Source: Eledone cirrhosa
Taxonomy: Eukaryota
Length of the DNA stretch: 64,000 nucleotides
NCBI GenBank assembly: GCA_964016885.1
Contig: OZ024745.1
Coordinates: 134,478,001-134,542,000 of the forward strand
Direction: 5' to 3'
A program made the translations under genes and the position numbers. A model generated the notes under the pieces. That model saw only the letters and a list, made by a program, of their open reading frames with translations, ran no database searches and was not told where the DNA came from. Below are positions 1 to 12,100 of this stretch, in pieces; position 1 is the first letter of the stretch; the number at the start of each line of letters is the position of its first letter.

Positions 1-429
1 AGCAAGAATTGCCTCCCTTGTCATGACAATCGCATCACCGCTCTCTAGACAGGAAGTAGCTGGAGTTGCTTCCCTTTGGGAGTGACAGACTCCCTGTTGG
101 TCCCTTCCGGTCAGACCCTATAAAAGGAACAAGTCAGGACAATCTTCCTCTCTCGCCTCCTGATTTCCGAAGTGGTAACACCTGCGACCATAGCATGAGA
201 TGATTTCTTTTCTCATAATCCTTCGCCACCAAGAAGAATGCAACATGCAGCCTGAGAGCCTAAGATGTTAACACCAGCTAGAAAAGATCTCTTCTTTTCT
301 CTACTCACTTCAGCCTGGAGTTGTGACCATCGAGTAACGATTCATTTATATTTAATACCTTTGACTTCTATGAAGTAAAAACATTATCACAACACACACC
401 GGTATTTACTGTCTTTTGTAATAATTTCA
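1..429 (+). mobile_element. Probable LTR (3' part) inserted into a CRE element
   Basis: TATAAAAG at ~119, AGTAAA polyA-like signal at ~374, ends ...ATTTCA next to where the CRE ORF is truncated. Confidence 0.4.
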
Positions 430-1723
430 TATGTACACCGATACTAATCTCCTAAACAACCAAGCGCCCTCGTGAGATTCGCCAGTTACCTCTATTAGGC
501 GAGCCGCCAGTGAAGAGAGGAACCTCGCAGTCAGCGGCCTGACTCCCCCAAACGTCTCGAAAGCCACAGGCTGAAAAAAATAGCTGGCTGACAGATCACA
601 GTATTTGAGGGTCTTACTCCGCTCGGCTGCGGGAGCTGTGGCACTCGTCCTAACCGCAGCATCCATGATGTGGGAAAGAGCAAAAGAGTCACTAACAGTG
701 ACGTCCCAGACAAGGCACCTGCCTCTCGACCAGGGGCACAGTGTAAGGCCGTCAGGTATTTTGCCGTCACTTCTGGACAACCCAGATGGTTCTAAGATTG
801 AGGGGATGTTCGCCCGGGCCAAAGCTCTCCTGAGAATGAGGTTTAGCTCCGTGTGACGCACGAAGCGGCAAGAAAGACCATGGAGGCCTGTGGAATCGAG
901 GAGTTTGCCGCACAGGCACCTCAAACTCATGCAGGTGTTAGCTCCCATACTGAGGGCGATGGAAAAACAAAGTTTGTCCAGGCTGAGTAGGCCACCAACG
1001 TTGGCCACGGGTAGGGTATCAACCCAGTCGCCTGAGTATTTGGCGCTGGCAGATAGTAAGCGGCACCTTGCAAACTGATCTGACTGGACGAAGGTGGCCT
1101 TCGAACTTATGCTGTCCCAAGTTCTCTGACTTCGACTGTCCTCCACCTTCTCAGGAAGAGACAAGCCCAATTCACTCCATTGCTGGAGAGCTTCATCCAT
1201 CTCCCTGTTGTAACTACTCCATGTTGGAGAGGAGAGGATGCTGCTCACCAGGATGGAGGAAAGGAAGCAGGGGAGAGAGAAGGACGAACACTTACGAAGA
1301 CCAAGACCCCCAAATCGCTTGGGCAACGCAGCCTGATCGCGGGACTCTGGAGAGAGTCTAACATTGACCAGGTACTCGAGTCTCTCGAAGATTAGGTCGT
1401 CGAAGCGTTGGAGACAGGACGGAAATCTGTGAGAGGGGCTGACCCTGAACATATACAGAAGCTTAGGAATAGACAGGTAGTTCCTGAGTATGGAAACCTT
1501 GATGGGGTTCGATAACTTCGATATTCTTCAGCAGCTGCTCAAGGCCAACCATCTTCGATTGGAAGATTGACTCGAAGGCCAGGTCTGTGATTGGGGCTCC
1601 TAAGGAGCACGAAGCCGACGGCGGAGGGACCGTGATGGAAGGGAAGAACTCTGCAAACAGGTCGATTAGCTGTTGGTGTTGAGAAGCCGGAAGAATATAT
1701 CTTTCTGAAAGAATCGCGAGCAA
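430..1723 (-). mobile_element. CRE/SLACS-clade non-LTR retrotransposon fragment (RT end, CCHC knuckle, restriction-like endonuclease)
   Basis: ORF 427-1452: [61 protein letters not shown]. Confidence 0.85.
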
Positions 1724-1856
1724 TTTATAATGTTATCTAAGCATTTGTAATGTTATTTATGTATATATTTAAAACATATTTGTTGTTATTCTAAATATAT
1801 TTTAGGGCCTGTTATTCTTTTTTCCTCTTTCATTAATGAATTTTTAATATTAAGTG

Positions 1857-2202
1857 GTGACATTTTTCAACCGTTTGATGGAATTTTCACGGGGTTAGTG
1901 CTGCTGCTGCTACTTTTGACACTTATTCCAATTGATCCGGCTAGATCCTCCAGTTCGATCAGCCGAGTTCATGGATATCATCCAACTATGCTCGTAGTAT
2001 ACCCCTGGGTTACCTTTCATTTGGTTTTACTCATAAAATCTGTCCAGCGATTCTTTCCTTTGACATTCTGAATACATATCCGTATTGGAAATGTGATCTC
2101 TCAATTCGGAGAAGTAGCGGCTCTAGTAGGAACCCCATTTCGGCCGCTTGTATCCACGATCGTATTCTTTCGGTCACTACCCAAACGGTTGAAAAATGCC
2201 AC
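1857..2202. mobile_element. Short TIR-bounded element enclosing a degraded RTE 3' fragment (- strand)
   Basis: 21-bp inverted repeats gtgacatttttcaaccgtttg (1857-1877) / caaacggttgaaaaatgccac (2182-2202); interior translates on - to YGYVFRMSKERIAGQIL..KP, followed by a (GCA)n tail. Confidence 0.6.
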
Positions 2203-2219
2203 ATTCCTTATTTTTATCT

Positions 2220-2645
2220 CGTAGCAATTCCCAGTGTCATTAATATTCCTAAAAAATTATTTCCAGTTTTGATTTAAAGAAGAAAAAAACAGTGGAGATG
2301 GCGCATTTCTGATAGATTGGATGATCGCTGAAACATGTGAACTGTTACATAATCAGTTGTAACCAAGCAATAGCGTATATCCCAGAAGGGGAGATAACTC
2401 GCATTTGTCCCGCCAGGTGTCACGGTTGTAACCAAGCAATAGCGTATTTTCCGAAAGAGGGAGATAACTCGCATTCGTCCCGCCAGGTGTCACGCTTACT
2501 AACAATATGGTGGACCATTTCTCATATGGTTTACGTTGCTATGAAATTTATTTATATCTAATCTAAAAAGAAGTCCATTTGAACGTTATTCTTTTAGCGG
2601 TGTGTTTTTTCTTAAAATATTCTAATCCTAGAATATTGGTAAGTT
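2220..2645 (+). promoter_or_regulatory. Candidate EFL1 promoter / non-coding first exon
   Basis: CpG-retaining segment with ZNF143-like aattcccag (~2226), YY1-like gatggcg (~2296), a duplicated 69-bp unit with tcccgcca, and a strong donor G|gtaagt at 2639; coding exon 1 has an acceptor upstream of its ATG. Confidence 0.4.
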
Positions 2646-3644
2646 CTGCCTTATTATATATTTTCTCATTGTATAAAGAGATTAAACCACTTCTGCATCA
2701 GGAAACTGATGTAAAATTCTGGTTCTTTCGTTTTTCCTGTTTAGATCCTTTTTGTTCATATAAAATAAGACGTACTATAAATTTTATTTATATTTTTAAC
2801 GTTAGTGATTTATGTTTAAAGTAACTACTTCAATTATTACCGCTCGTATGAACACAAGTAAATGGGATGTTTAATTTCGGATTTATTTATCAATCCTATT
2901 AAACGTTTCTATCTTTATATCTGTTATTGTTGTTTAGTCCTTATCAGCCTATCATAAAAGTCGTTCCATATGTGTCTATCCAGTTTTTTTTTATACCCAG
3001 GACCACATAAATTGGGTGTTTTTCATTATTCAAGAGAGTATCGTGTGATTTGAGAGATGAGGTTGTTATTTTTAAATCTTTTATAATTTATAACGTATGT
3101 TTTTTAATTGTCAAATCCACCATTTATGAATTCTTAAAAATCCGTTACAAAAGAAAATATTTGATTTGAATAACAATGAATTTGGTCAAAAGACTCTTCA
3201 CTGTAAAGGGTTGTAGGTTTATCTATGTTTTAAATATGTAACTATTCCTTATGTATTGAGATAAAAGTAGGATAGTTCGAGTCAGCCACGCGATGATTTT
3301 TTCTAGATTTCATTTATTTATCTAAATCTACGCATTTTCTGGTTTTAAGTGAATACCATGTATCACTTTTTTCTTTTTTATTTCTAACATTTAAACTACA
3401 TTTTATCGAACTCTTTTAAACAGAACTATGATTTCTGCCATACATGTAATCGTTTATTGACCATATGGTATAAAGTTAGTACTTATTACAATTTCTGACC
3501 ACAGCTTAATATGGGTTGGGAATTAGAGATTTGCAGTATTTCATAATTATTACATTTCTGAACTTCTGTGCTGTTAGTCTACATTCTGAACATTGAATTA
3601 ATTCATTCAATGCCCAAGTAGAAACAATTATATATATATATAAT

Positions 3645-4195
3645 ATCATCATCATTTTACGTCTGCTTTTCCCTGCAAGGGTAGGACATAATCGTGCCCA
3701 CCATGTACCCCAGTGTATCCATCCTGGAACTGTCTAACATGACCTTTGAAGTCCCCTGCTAGTATAACAATGTCTCTGTCTTCTGTCATTGTGGTTGTTT
3801 CTAAAAGTTGCTCGTAAAAGCAGTCTTTCTCTTCTTTACCTATGCCTGCCTGGGGAGCATAGGTAGAGATGATTATCAGCAGTCTCTTGCCTACAACTAA
3901 TCTAATCTTAATCATTCTATTACTGACTCTAACTACCTCTATTGTCTTATTGATCTATCTCTCAGTCAGTAAAATGCTTACCCCACCTAACCCATCATCA
4001 TTACCCATCCAGAAAAGCTTATAACTAAGATGTTTGCCTGTGATTAGTCTTGCAGAAGCACCTCTCCATCTCACCTCTTGTACGCAGCACACATCCACAT
4101 GCCTTCTTTCCAGCATCTCCACGATCTCACCAGATCTACCTGTTAGAGTGCCAACATTAAGTGTGGCAACTGAGATGCGACGTCTTCATATTCTT
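3645..4195 (-). mobile_element. RTE LINE endonuclease fragment joined to a (GAT)n-tailed 3' end
   Basis: VATLNVGTL...CVQEVRWRG, YAPQAG...AGDFKGHV (APE motifs). Confidence 0.8.
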
Positions 4196-4205
4196 GTTGT
4201 GGTGC

Positions 4206-4935
4206 GATTATATACATGTCTGTTGAGACAGTGTATTATATACATGTGTAGAGACAGTGTATTATATACATGTGTAGAGACAGTGTATTATATACATGTG
4301 TAGAGACAGTGTATTATATACATGTGTAGAGACAGTGTATTATATACATGTGCTGAGACAGTGTATTATATACATGTCTGTTGAGACTGTATTATATACA
4401 TGTCTGTTGAGACTGTATTGAGGTTGACTTTGCCTTTCATCCTTACGGGGTCGATAAAATAAAGTACCAGTAATGCACTGGGTAATTGCTGGCCTTGTGC
4501 CTAAAGTAGAAACAATTATATACATGTCTGTTGAGACTGTGTATTATATACATGTCTGTTGAGACTGTATTATATGCATGTCTGTTGAGACTGTGTATTA
4601 TATACATGTCTGTTGAGACTGTATTATATACATGTCTGTTGAGACTGTGTATTATATACATGTCTGTTGAGACTGTATTATATACATGTCTGTAGAGACA
4701 GTGTATTATATACATGTCTGTAGAGACAGTGTATTATATACATGTCTGTAGAGACAGTGTATTATATACATGTGTAGAGACAGTGTATTATATACATGTG
4801 TTGAGACAGTGTATTATATACATGTGTTGAGACAGTGTATTATATACATGTGTAGAGACAGTGTATTATATACATGTGTAGAGACAGTGTATTATATACA
4901 TGTGTTGAGACAGTGTATTATATACATGTCTGTTG
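4206..4935. repeat. 26-28 bp minisatellite (gagacagtgtattatatacatgtgta), interrupted by a SINE fragment at ~4420-4518
   Basis: About 20 visible tandem copies. Confidence 0.92.
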
Positions 4936-6019
4936 AATTGCAGTTGTTTTATTGACCTATAGGTGGTCTGGAACATAATTCATGAAAATGTTAGAGAGAA
5001 ACATTGGTGGTATGGTAAAACATGGCAAGTATGATATTTGACAGAAGAATCAAAGTGAGATTACGCAGTCAATTACACTAATTCGATCCATTTCGTTTAT
5101 ATGTTCAGAAGCATCATAAACCCACTTGGTAATAGTAGAATATAGTTTATGAAATCATAACTTTTACATGGGTTTAATTTTTCTCTTTTAGATTAATGCT
5201 AACAGGAGTAGGATATTTTCTCAATAATTTGTTGAAGTAATGTTTTTACCTAAGCTTGAATTAGATACTTGATGTGAAATGGATGAGAAAAACGGGTTAT
5301 CAGCTAAGTAAACAAAAGCCTGCACAGCATTTAATTTTGAAGTAAATATAATTAAATATTAAATGCTGAACTGTTGGTGCAGCAGACACAGCATTGTGTC
5401 CCTGAACAAACCACATTACTAGATTGGTTCTATAAGCATGTCCAAGCCACATAACCCTATTTACCACCCCCCAACTTAAAGTTAGCAATAAGATAATTCA
5501 GTTGTATAAGCTACAAAAACTCGTGCAAATATCTAGTTTTTTTACCCATCCAAGCCATGGTAATATGGAAAGAGGAAAATGGAAAAGTAAGATATTTAGA
5601 TTAATGAGGAAGTTGCTTATTATTTGGGTAGCAGCCATGACTAATTTTAAGGCTTCTAGGATTGGAGGAAGATGGAGACCTGGTATGAACATTTGCAAAA
5701 TAAAAGGATTCTGTTACCAGTTAAAGGTATCCATGACAAGGTGATACTATTGGTGATAAATTGTGTTTACCAACCAAGAACAGATACATAGTTTCCATGT
5801 ATCCAATTACACTTTGGTTGATCGGAGGCTATTGTTCAGGGTAGCATGCAGTGGGATGGAACCAAGTGATTGTGAACTGCCAGGATTCGGTAAGGCATTG
5901 TACAAGGAATTTTTAAAAAATAGTTATTTAAGTTTATGTTAATTGATTACATCATTGTATGATTTTTATGAAAATAAACTTTTTAATAAAAAATTTCATT
6001 TTTAGATCCCTATACCTGA

Positions 6020-6113
6020 ATGATGAGGACCACCACGGCTGAAAGATTGGCTAATCTTCAAAAAACGCCTGAAAATATCCGTAACATTTGTATTTTAGCT
6101 CATGTTGACCATG
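6020..6113 (+). CDS. EFL1: EFL1 coding exon 1 ([32 protein letters not shown])
   Basis: Acceptor tttag at 6001-6005 (implies an upstream UTR exon), ATG at 6020, donor gtaaag; G1 motif. Confidence 0.93.
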
Positions 6114-9100
6114 GTAAAGTATTATTGATAAATTTCTTCGAGTCAATGAAAAGTTATTGAATGTCTAACATTTATATTAGATTCAACTTGGCTGAACAGG
6201 GCTATAGCATCAAGCAGTCCTTATAGTTTTCTTTATTCTTTTAATAGTTTCCACCATCAAGAGTTTTATCTCATCACATAGGTGTCGTTACTCTCTGGTA
6301 CTTATTTTATTAACTTTTTAATGAGATGGAATCAAACAGGTGGTTTTTGTTTAATGTATCTCTTTTAGCATCCCATGCTGATATACATACACATAGCTAT
6401 TATCTCTCTCTCTATATATATATGCATGCGCACGTGCACATACAGATATATATATATATCAACACTTTAACATCCATTTTTCCACTCTAGCATGGGTTAT
6501 ATTAGAGTTCATGCTTTAACACATGTTTTTGACTATGAAAGATAGTTTAATAAGTTGGATATTTTAGCCCCTGGAGACGGTATAAAGTAGACAGCGTCAT
6601 CTGCTGGACTTGAATATTCAGCAGGTGTGAATTATATGTCCAACTAAGACTTTTTTGTGTATATAACTATTACACATCCATGAGAACATGCAAGCTTCAT
6701 TTCTTTCTATTCTTGGCAGGCCCTCTGCACACACTGCCCAGGTTTAACTACCATGCAACATTGCTATTAATATACATGCATCATACAATCTGCCCTTTAT
6801 TTTGAGGGAAAAGCCTTTTGTAGCTAGCAGCGGTAGTAGCTCCCTCAACTTTCTCCATCCTGTTCTTACTGTGGCTACTGTACTTTCGGAACACCTTCCT
6901 CCACTGCTAATTTTGTCCCCTAGATAACAGAAACTGTTGACTATTTCTACAGAGCCCTCTAGGCATTTGAAGGAGCTAATATCCTGAGGGCTTTTGCTAC
7001 TTAGTGCAGCTGTGCATCAGCTGCTTTAAAACCTATGTTCTTTGATAGCCTGCCTGTGATCCCACCTACATCATGCGTTTACCCATAGGTTACATTTGGG
7101 ACATAGAATAGAATTTCTACCTAATCATTTCCTACACACTGAGCAAGGCCATTTCCCAGTGGGTATATGGGCTCTGTTTTCCTTTCTACATACTAGAACT
7201 TTAGTCCTTGACAAAACTTTGACCTTTTGATTCTAGCCCATGTTTCCAGGTTTTGAATTTCTTCTCTAATTCTACTATGGGTTCAGCTATAAGAGTTAGA
7301 TCATTTGCATAGAAAAGTTCACAGGAACAGCCAATCTTAAATTTTTCTGTTATAGTCCGTAGGGTGATTATAAACAGGAGAGAGCTACGGTCATAGCCAT
7401 GATGGACACCTACCTGCACGCTAAATTCTTCACTATAATCATTGTTAATTCTAACCTTGCTGACTGTTCCTCTACACATAGCTTGTACAGCTTTCACAAC
7501 CCACTCCTTTATTCCTAGTTTTCTTAGAGCCAACCAGACAATGGAACAGTGGACTCTGTCAAAGGCTTTATCCAGGTCAACAAAAGCTAAGTAGAGGGGT
7601 TTACTTTTAGCTAGGTACTTCTGTAGTTGCCTCGCAAAGAAGAGAGCATCCGTGGTACTTTTACCTGACATAAATCTAAATTACATTTCATCTAGATTAA
7701 CTTGTCCCTAATCAGCTGTGCAATAACTCTTTCTGTGACTTTCATGACCTGGTCAACCAATTTAATGCCTCTACAGTTTTCTCTATCTAGAGCATCTCCT
7801 TTGCCCTTGTAACAGTTGGCAATGATGCTACGCCAATCATTGGGTATGACACCATTTTGTATTACTTGGCTGAGAACTTCTCTTGTAGTTGCTTCACTAA
7901 AAAGAGAGCATTTGTAGTACTTTTCCCTGGCATGAAACCAAACTGCATCTCATCTAATTTGATTCTTTCTCTAATTAGTTGCGCTATAACTCTTTCTATC
8001 ACTTTCTGGACCTGTCAGTTTTGTGGGCTTCTTTGCCTTCAGGTAGTCACAAGTTGCAGATAACTAGATGGTGATCAGTTGAAAGCTCAGCCCTCTCTTA
8101 ACATCCAGCACAGAATCGGAGACCATTACAAAATAAATTGATTTCTGTCCTTGATTCCCCTTATACCATGTATATTTATGGATGTCTCTGTGATGGCAGA
8201 AAGTGTTCATAATAGAAATTCGATTGTTAGAATAGAAGTCCAGCAAGTCCATTTCTTCCAATCAATCCTTTCCATGCCGGGTCATCAGTGCCAACATATG
8301 CATTGAAGTCTTCCATCAGGTTATATGACTCAGTCTTAATTACATCTAACGCTAAGTGACTTCATCAAGGACCACGGGCTGGGTGGAGTAGGGATTTTGG
8401 TGGCAGAAAAATGAGTAAACAAAGTAATTGCTGTAAATAGAGTAAATGACAGAATAATTAAACTTAGACATGTACTAAATAGAACAACCATGACAGTTAT
8501 ATCTGCATATGCAGCTCAATCTAGACTGCTAGACATACTAAAAGACAAGCAAGTTCTATGAATCCCTAATGCACACTACCTCCCAAATAAACAACAGCAG
8601 CCTCATACTCATTGCAGGTGACTTTAATGGGCATGTTGACCAACACTACGCGGGTTTTGACAGGATCCACGGGAGTTGCTGGTTCGGTGCTAAAAATGAG
8701 GAAGGCTTCAGACTTCTGGAACTTTGCGACGCAAATGACCTATTTATCTGAAACATGAACTTCAAAAAACGAAACAACCACTTAATCACCTATAAATCTG
8801 GTGAACACGCCAGCCAAATAGATTTCATTCTCACCAGAAGTCGAGACAGAGTGATGGCTAGGCACTTGTACGTGTCTCACTAAAGCTCTGATATGTGGTT
8901 AGAATGTCTGAGGAAGGAATCACTGGACAGATTTTATGGGCAAAACCAACCAGCGGGAGACCCAGCGGTAGACTGCAAGCAAGATGATTGGAAAACATCC
9001 ATAAGCTTGGTTGGTCTCGTTTGGGGATCCAACTGGATCAGTTGGAGACAGTTGTTTCTGACTGGACCCGTTGGAAGTAGTGTTTGAGGACTCTGCCCTC

Positions 9101-12100
9101 ACAACCCCCTCAGGAATAAATGGGCAAAGAAGATTAACATTTTTTATATAAACGGAAAAAATGAAACGAAATTTCATGTATATATACATACATGGATATA
9201 TATGTATGTATGGATTCACCGAACATTTATTATAATGCTCTGTGTGTTTGTAAACAAGCATCCCGTATTAAGCCGTAGTGTCTAGCAACCATCGTTGCTC
9301 GTTTGTTCAACACTGACAAAGGAACGCTGTACTAGTTTCAAGCTTATTAGCTATCGTCAGCAACGTATACCTTCCTGCCAGATTGTTGAACGTATATACT
9401 TACCTTATGCATATTAACGGCTGAGTAGCCCAATTTGCATATCGAGTGGGTTAATTATATACATTTTTTATATAATTGCCCCTAGTTCTATGAAATGTTT
9501 ATATTTTCTAAAATTCTTTCATCATAATTTTATGTAAGAATTTTTATGTTCCAAACAACAGCTTAATAATGAAAAAATTCATTATTTTATAAATACATCA
9601 AAATTCCTGATTTTCAAAATTATTTGAAATAGTTCTTTTAATCATAATTTGGTCATTAAACTTTAAATCTGTTTTAGTATTTTCTCCTGTTAAGAAACTG
9701 CTCTATAACTGATTGCTTTCCAGTTTATCCCTTTTAGCTATAATATAGTTTAATCAAAATCTTGTAATTTTTTTATTTTTTTAGGAAAGACTTCTTTGGC
9801 TGATTCTCTTGTGGCTAGTAATGGCATCATTTCTCAAAGGATGTCAGGAAAGGTATCTTTTCTATCTATTTCTTTGCATTTTTAATGAATTTTATCAAAT
9901 GTAACTGTTTCTTTTTAAATACTCAACACTTCATACCACTGAACTAGTAAACTCTTCATAAGCTACTCAGTGCACCCTATTCCAAAATCTTGTTTTTTTT
10001 AAAATCTCTTTGGCTAACCTTTTATCCCCACTCCAGATCTGCTACACTCTGGAATTCTCTTCCAGCCAGTATCTTTCCTATCATGTATTTACCTATAGAA
10101 GTTCAATTTAAACAAACATCAACCTCATTAATTTTAATGGGCTGTAAGGGCATTTTGTTTACCACTTAATCAAAAAAAGGAAGGGCAGTACGCTTGACGC
10201 TTTAATTTTTCAAGGCTTCTGGGACTGGTGGAAGGAAATGAAGTTATTCACAAACTGGAGACCTCATCCAAAAGCTTACAATGGAGTGAATTCTTTTAAA
10301 GATACCCAAAGATGATGTGATGTTAATCCAAAGAGATCAATGTGCAAAGAGTTGAAGCAAATACCATATTGTGTCTCATTTAACTCTAACAATTCTGCCA
10401 ATTCACCACCCTCGACTGGTTCTTTATTTTATTGACCGTGAAAGGATGAAAAGCAAAGTAGACCATGGAAGGATTTGAAATAGCACAGTGAGCATGCAAA
10501 GACTATGGGTATTATTCCTCTGTAATGCTATCAAATAAAAACAAAAGTAATTTTCCTCTGTTGACCAGTGTTGGATAGGTGTGCACATCAGGTTATTATC
10601 CAATTATGTTATCCCTTTAATCAAGTCTGTGACTTTAACCTGAATTGCTTTCTTCATTAACCCTCTACTAATTGGTCCAACTTACATTATTCATATATAA
10701 TTTAATACTAGCTTTAGCTAATAATAGCAGTCATATCTCTCAAACACATTTTACACTTTAAAAAAAAAGCATGATCGTGTAACTGTATTTACAATATGTC
10801 TGAAAAAAACAAAAATATGCTAGTTATGACTACAATGTGTTGTCTCCCATGTCTGATCTATAGTTAAATAACATCAAGCAATGATACAGGCATTGCAGTG
10901 CCTAATTATGACTACAATGTGTTGTCTCCCAGGTCTGATCTACAGTTAAATAACATCAAGCAATGATACAGACATTGCAGTGCCTAGTTATGACTACAAT
11001 GTGTTGTCTTTTAGGTCTGACCTATAGTTAAATAACATCAAGCAATGATACAGACATTGCAGTGCCTAGTTATGACTACAATGTGTTGTCTTTTAGGTCT
11101 GACCTATAGTTAAATAACATCAAGCAATGATACAGACATTGCAGTAAGAAAGAAACATCAGGTGGCAGCCTAGTCTAACAAATGCTACTATTGTAACAAA
11201 ATATGAGATATTGTTCATGCAGAATGAGGATTTGGCAATGATGGTGATGTCTGCTAAGTCTAAATGGAAATGATTAAAATATACCAATCAGGGTGTCATA
11301 CAAACCAAATAGATTTCATTCTCGCCAGGAAATGAGCTAGACAAATGGTTGTAAATACTAAGTCCTTTCTTGGTAAAGAATATACCTCCTAACACAGATT
11401 AATTATCAGTGACTTGAGAGTAAGAGCTAGACGAACTCAGAGACTAAAGCAGATTTGGAAAAGAAAGACATGGAAATTGAAAGAACCACCAACTGGGAGC
11501 AAATTCAGATAAGTCCTACAATATGTAATATAGAGGAAAATTAGGAATTCCTAGGAGACAACATACTGAAGAGCATGGAACACATCTGGTTGGAGTAAGG
11601 TCCTAACTAGACAAAGGGCAATAGTGAAATGAGAGGGTAGACAGAGCCTTATAAGAAACTTAAGGAAACTGCTTTCCATACTGTGGACATTTTATAGTAT
11701 AAACAATTGTTCAAGATGGAAACATTTTTTGGTCTTCAGATTTTTTTAAATGGTAATTTGTAATTTAACTCTTTAACATTTGCATTAATTTTCAAATGTC
11801 ATGCTTATCTGTTCGCATTATTTTGAGTTAATCATACTCAAGAGGGTTATCAATTTTATTTGTTTGTAATTATCTTAATTTTGTATGTGCAGGCTTGAAA
11901 TTTTGTCATCATTTTACGTCCGCTTTTCCCTGCTTGCAGGGGGGGGGGGGGTGTCAGTAGATGTTTAAATACCAATAATTTACAATTATATAATTTTACC
12001 TGATTTTTTTTTATCAAATTTGACTTTTATGGGCAGGTGAAATTAATTAATAGGGGCATTTGAAGTATCAACCAGGTGCAAATACTGGTTTAATTTTAAA

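Noticed and set aside
4206-4935. Regular ~27-bp repeats resembling a CRISPR array
   Set aside because: No unique spacers, no cas genes, eukaryotic context; it is a minisatellite
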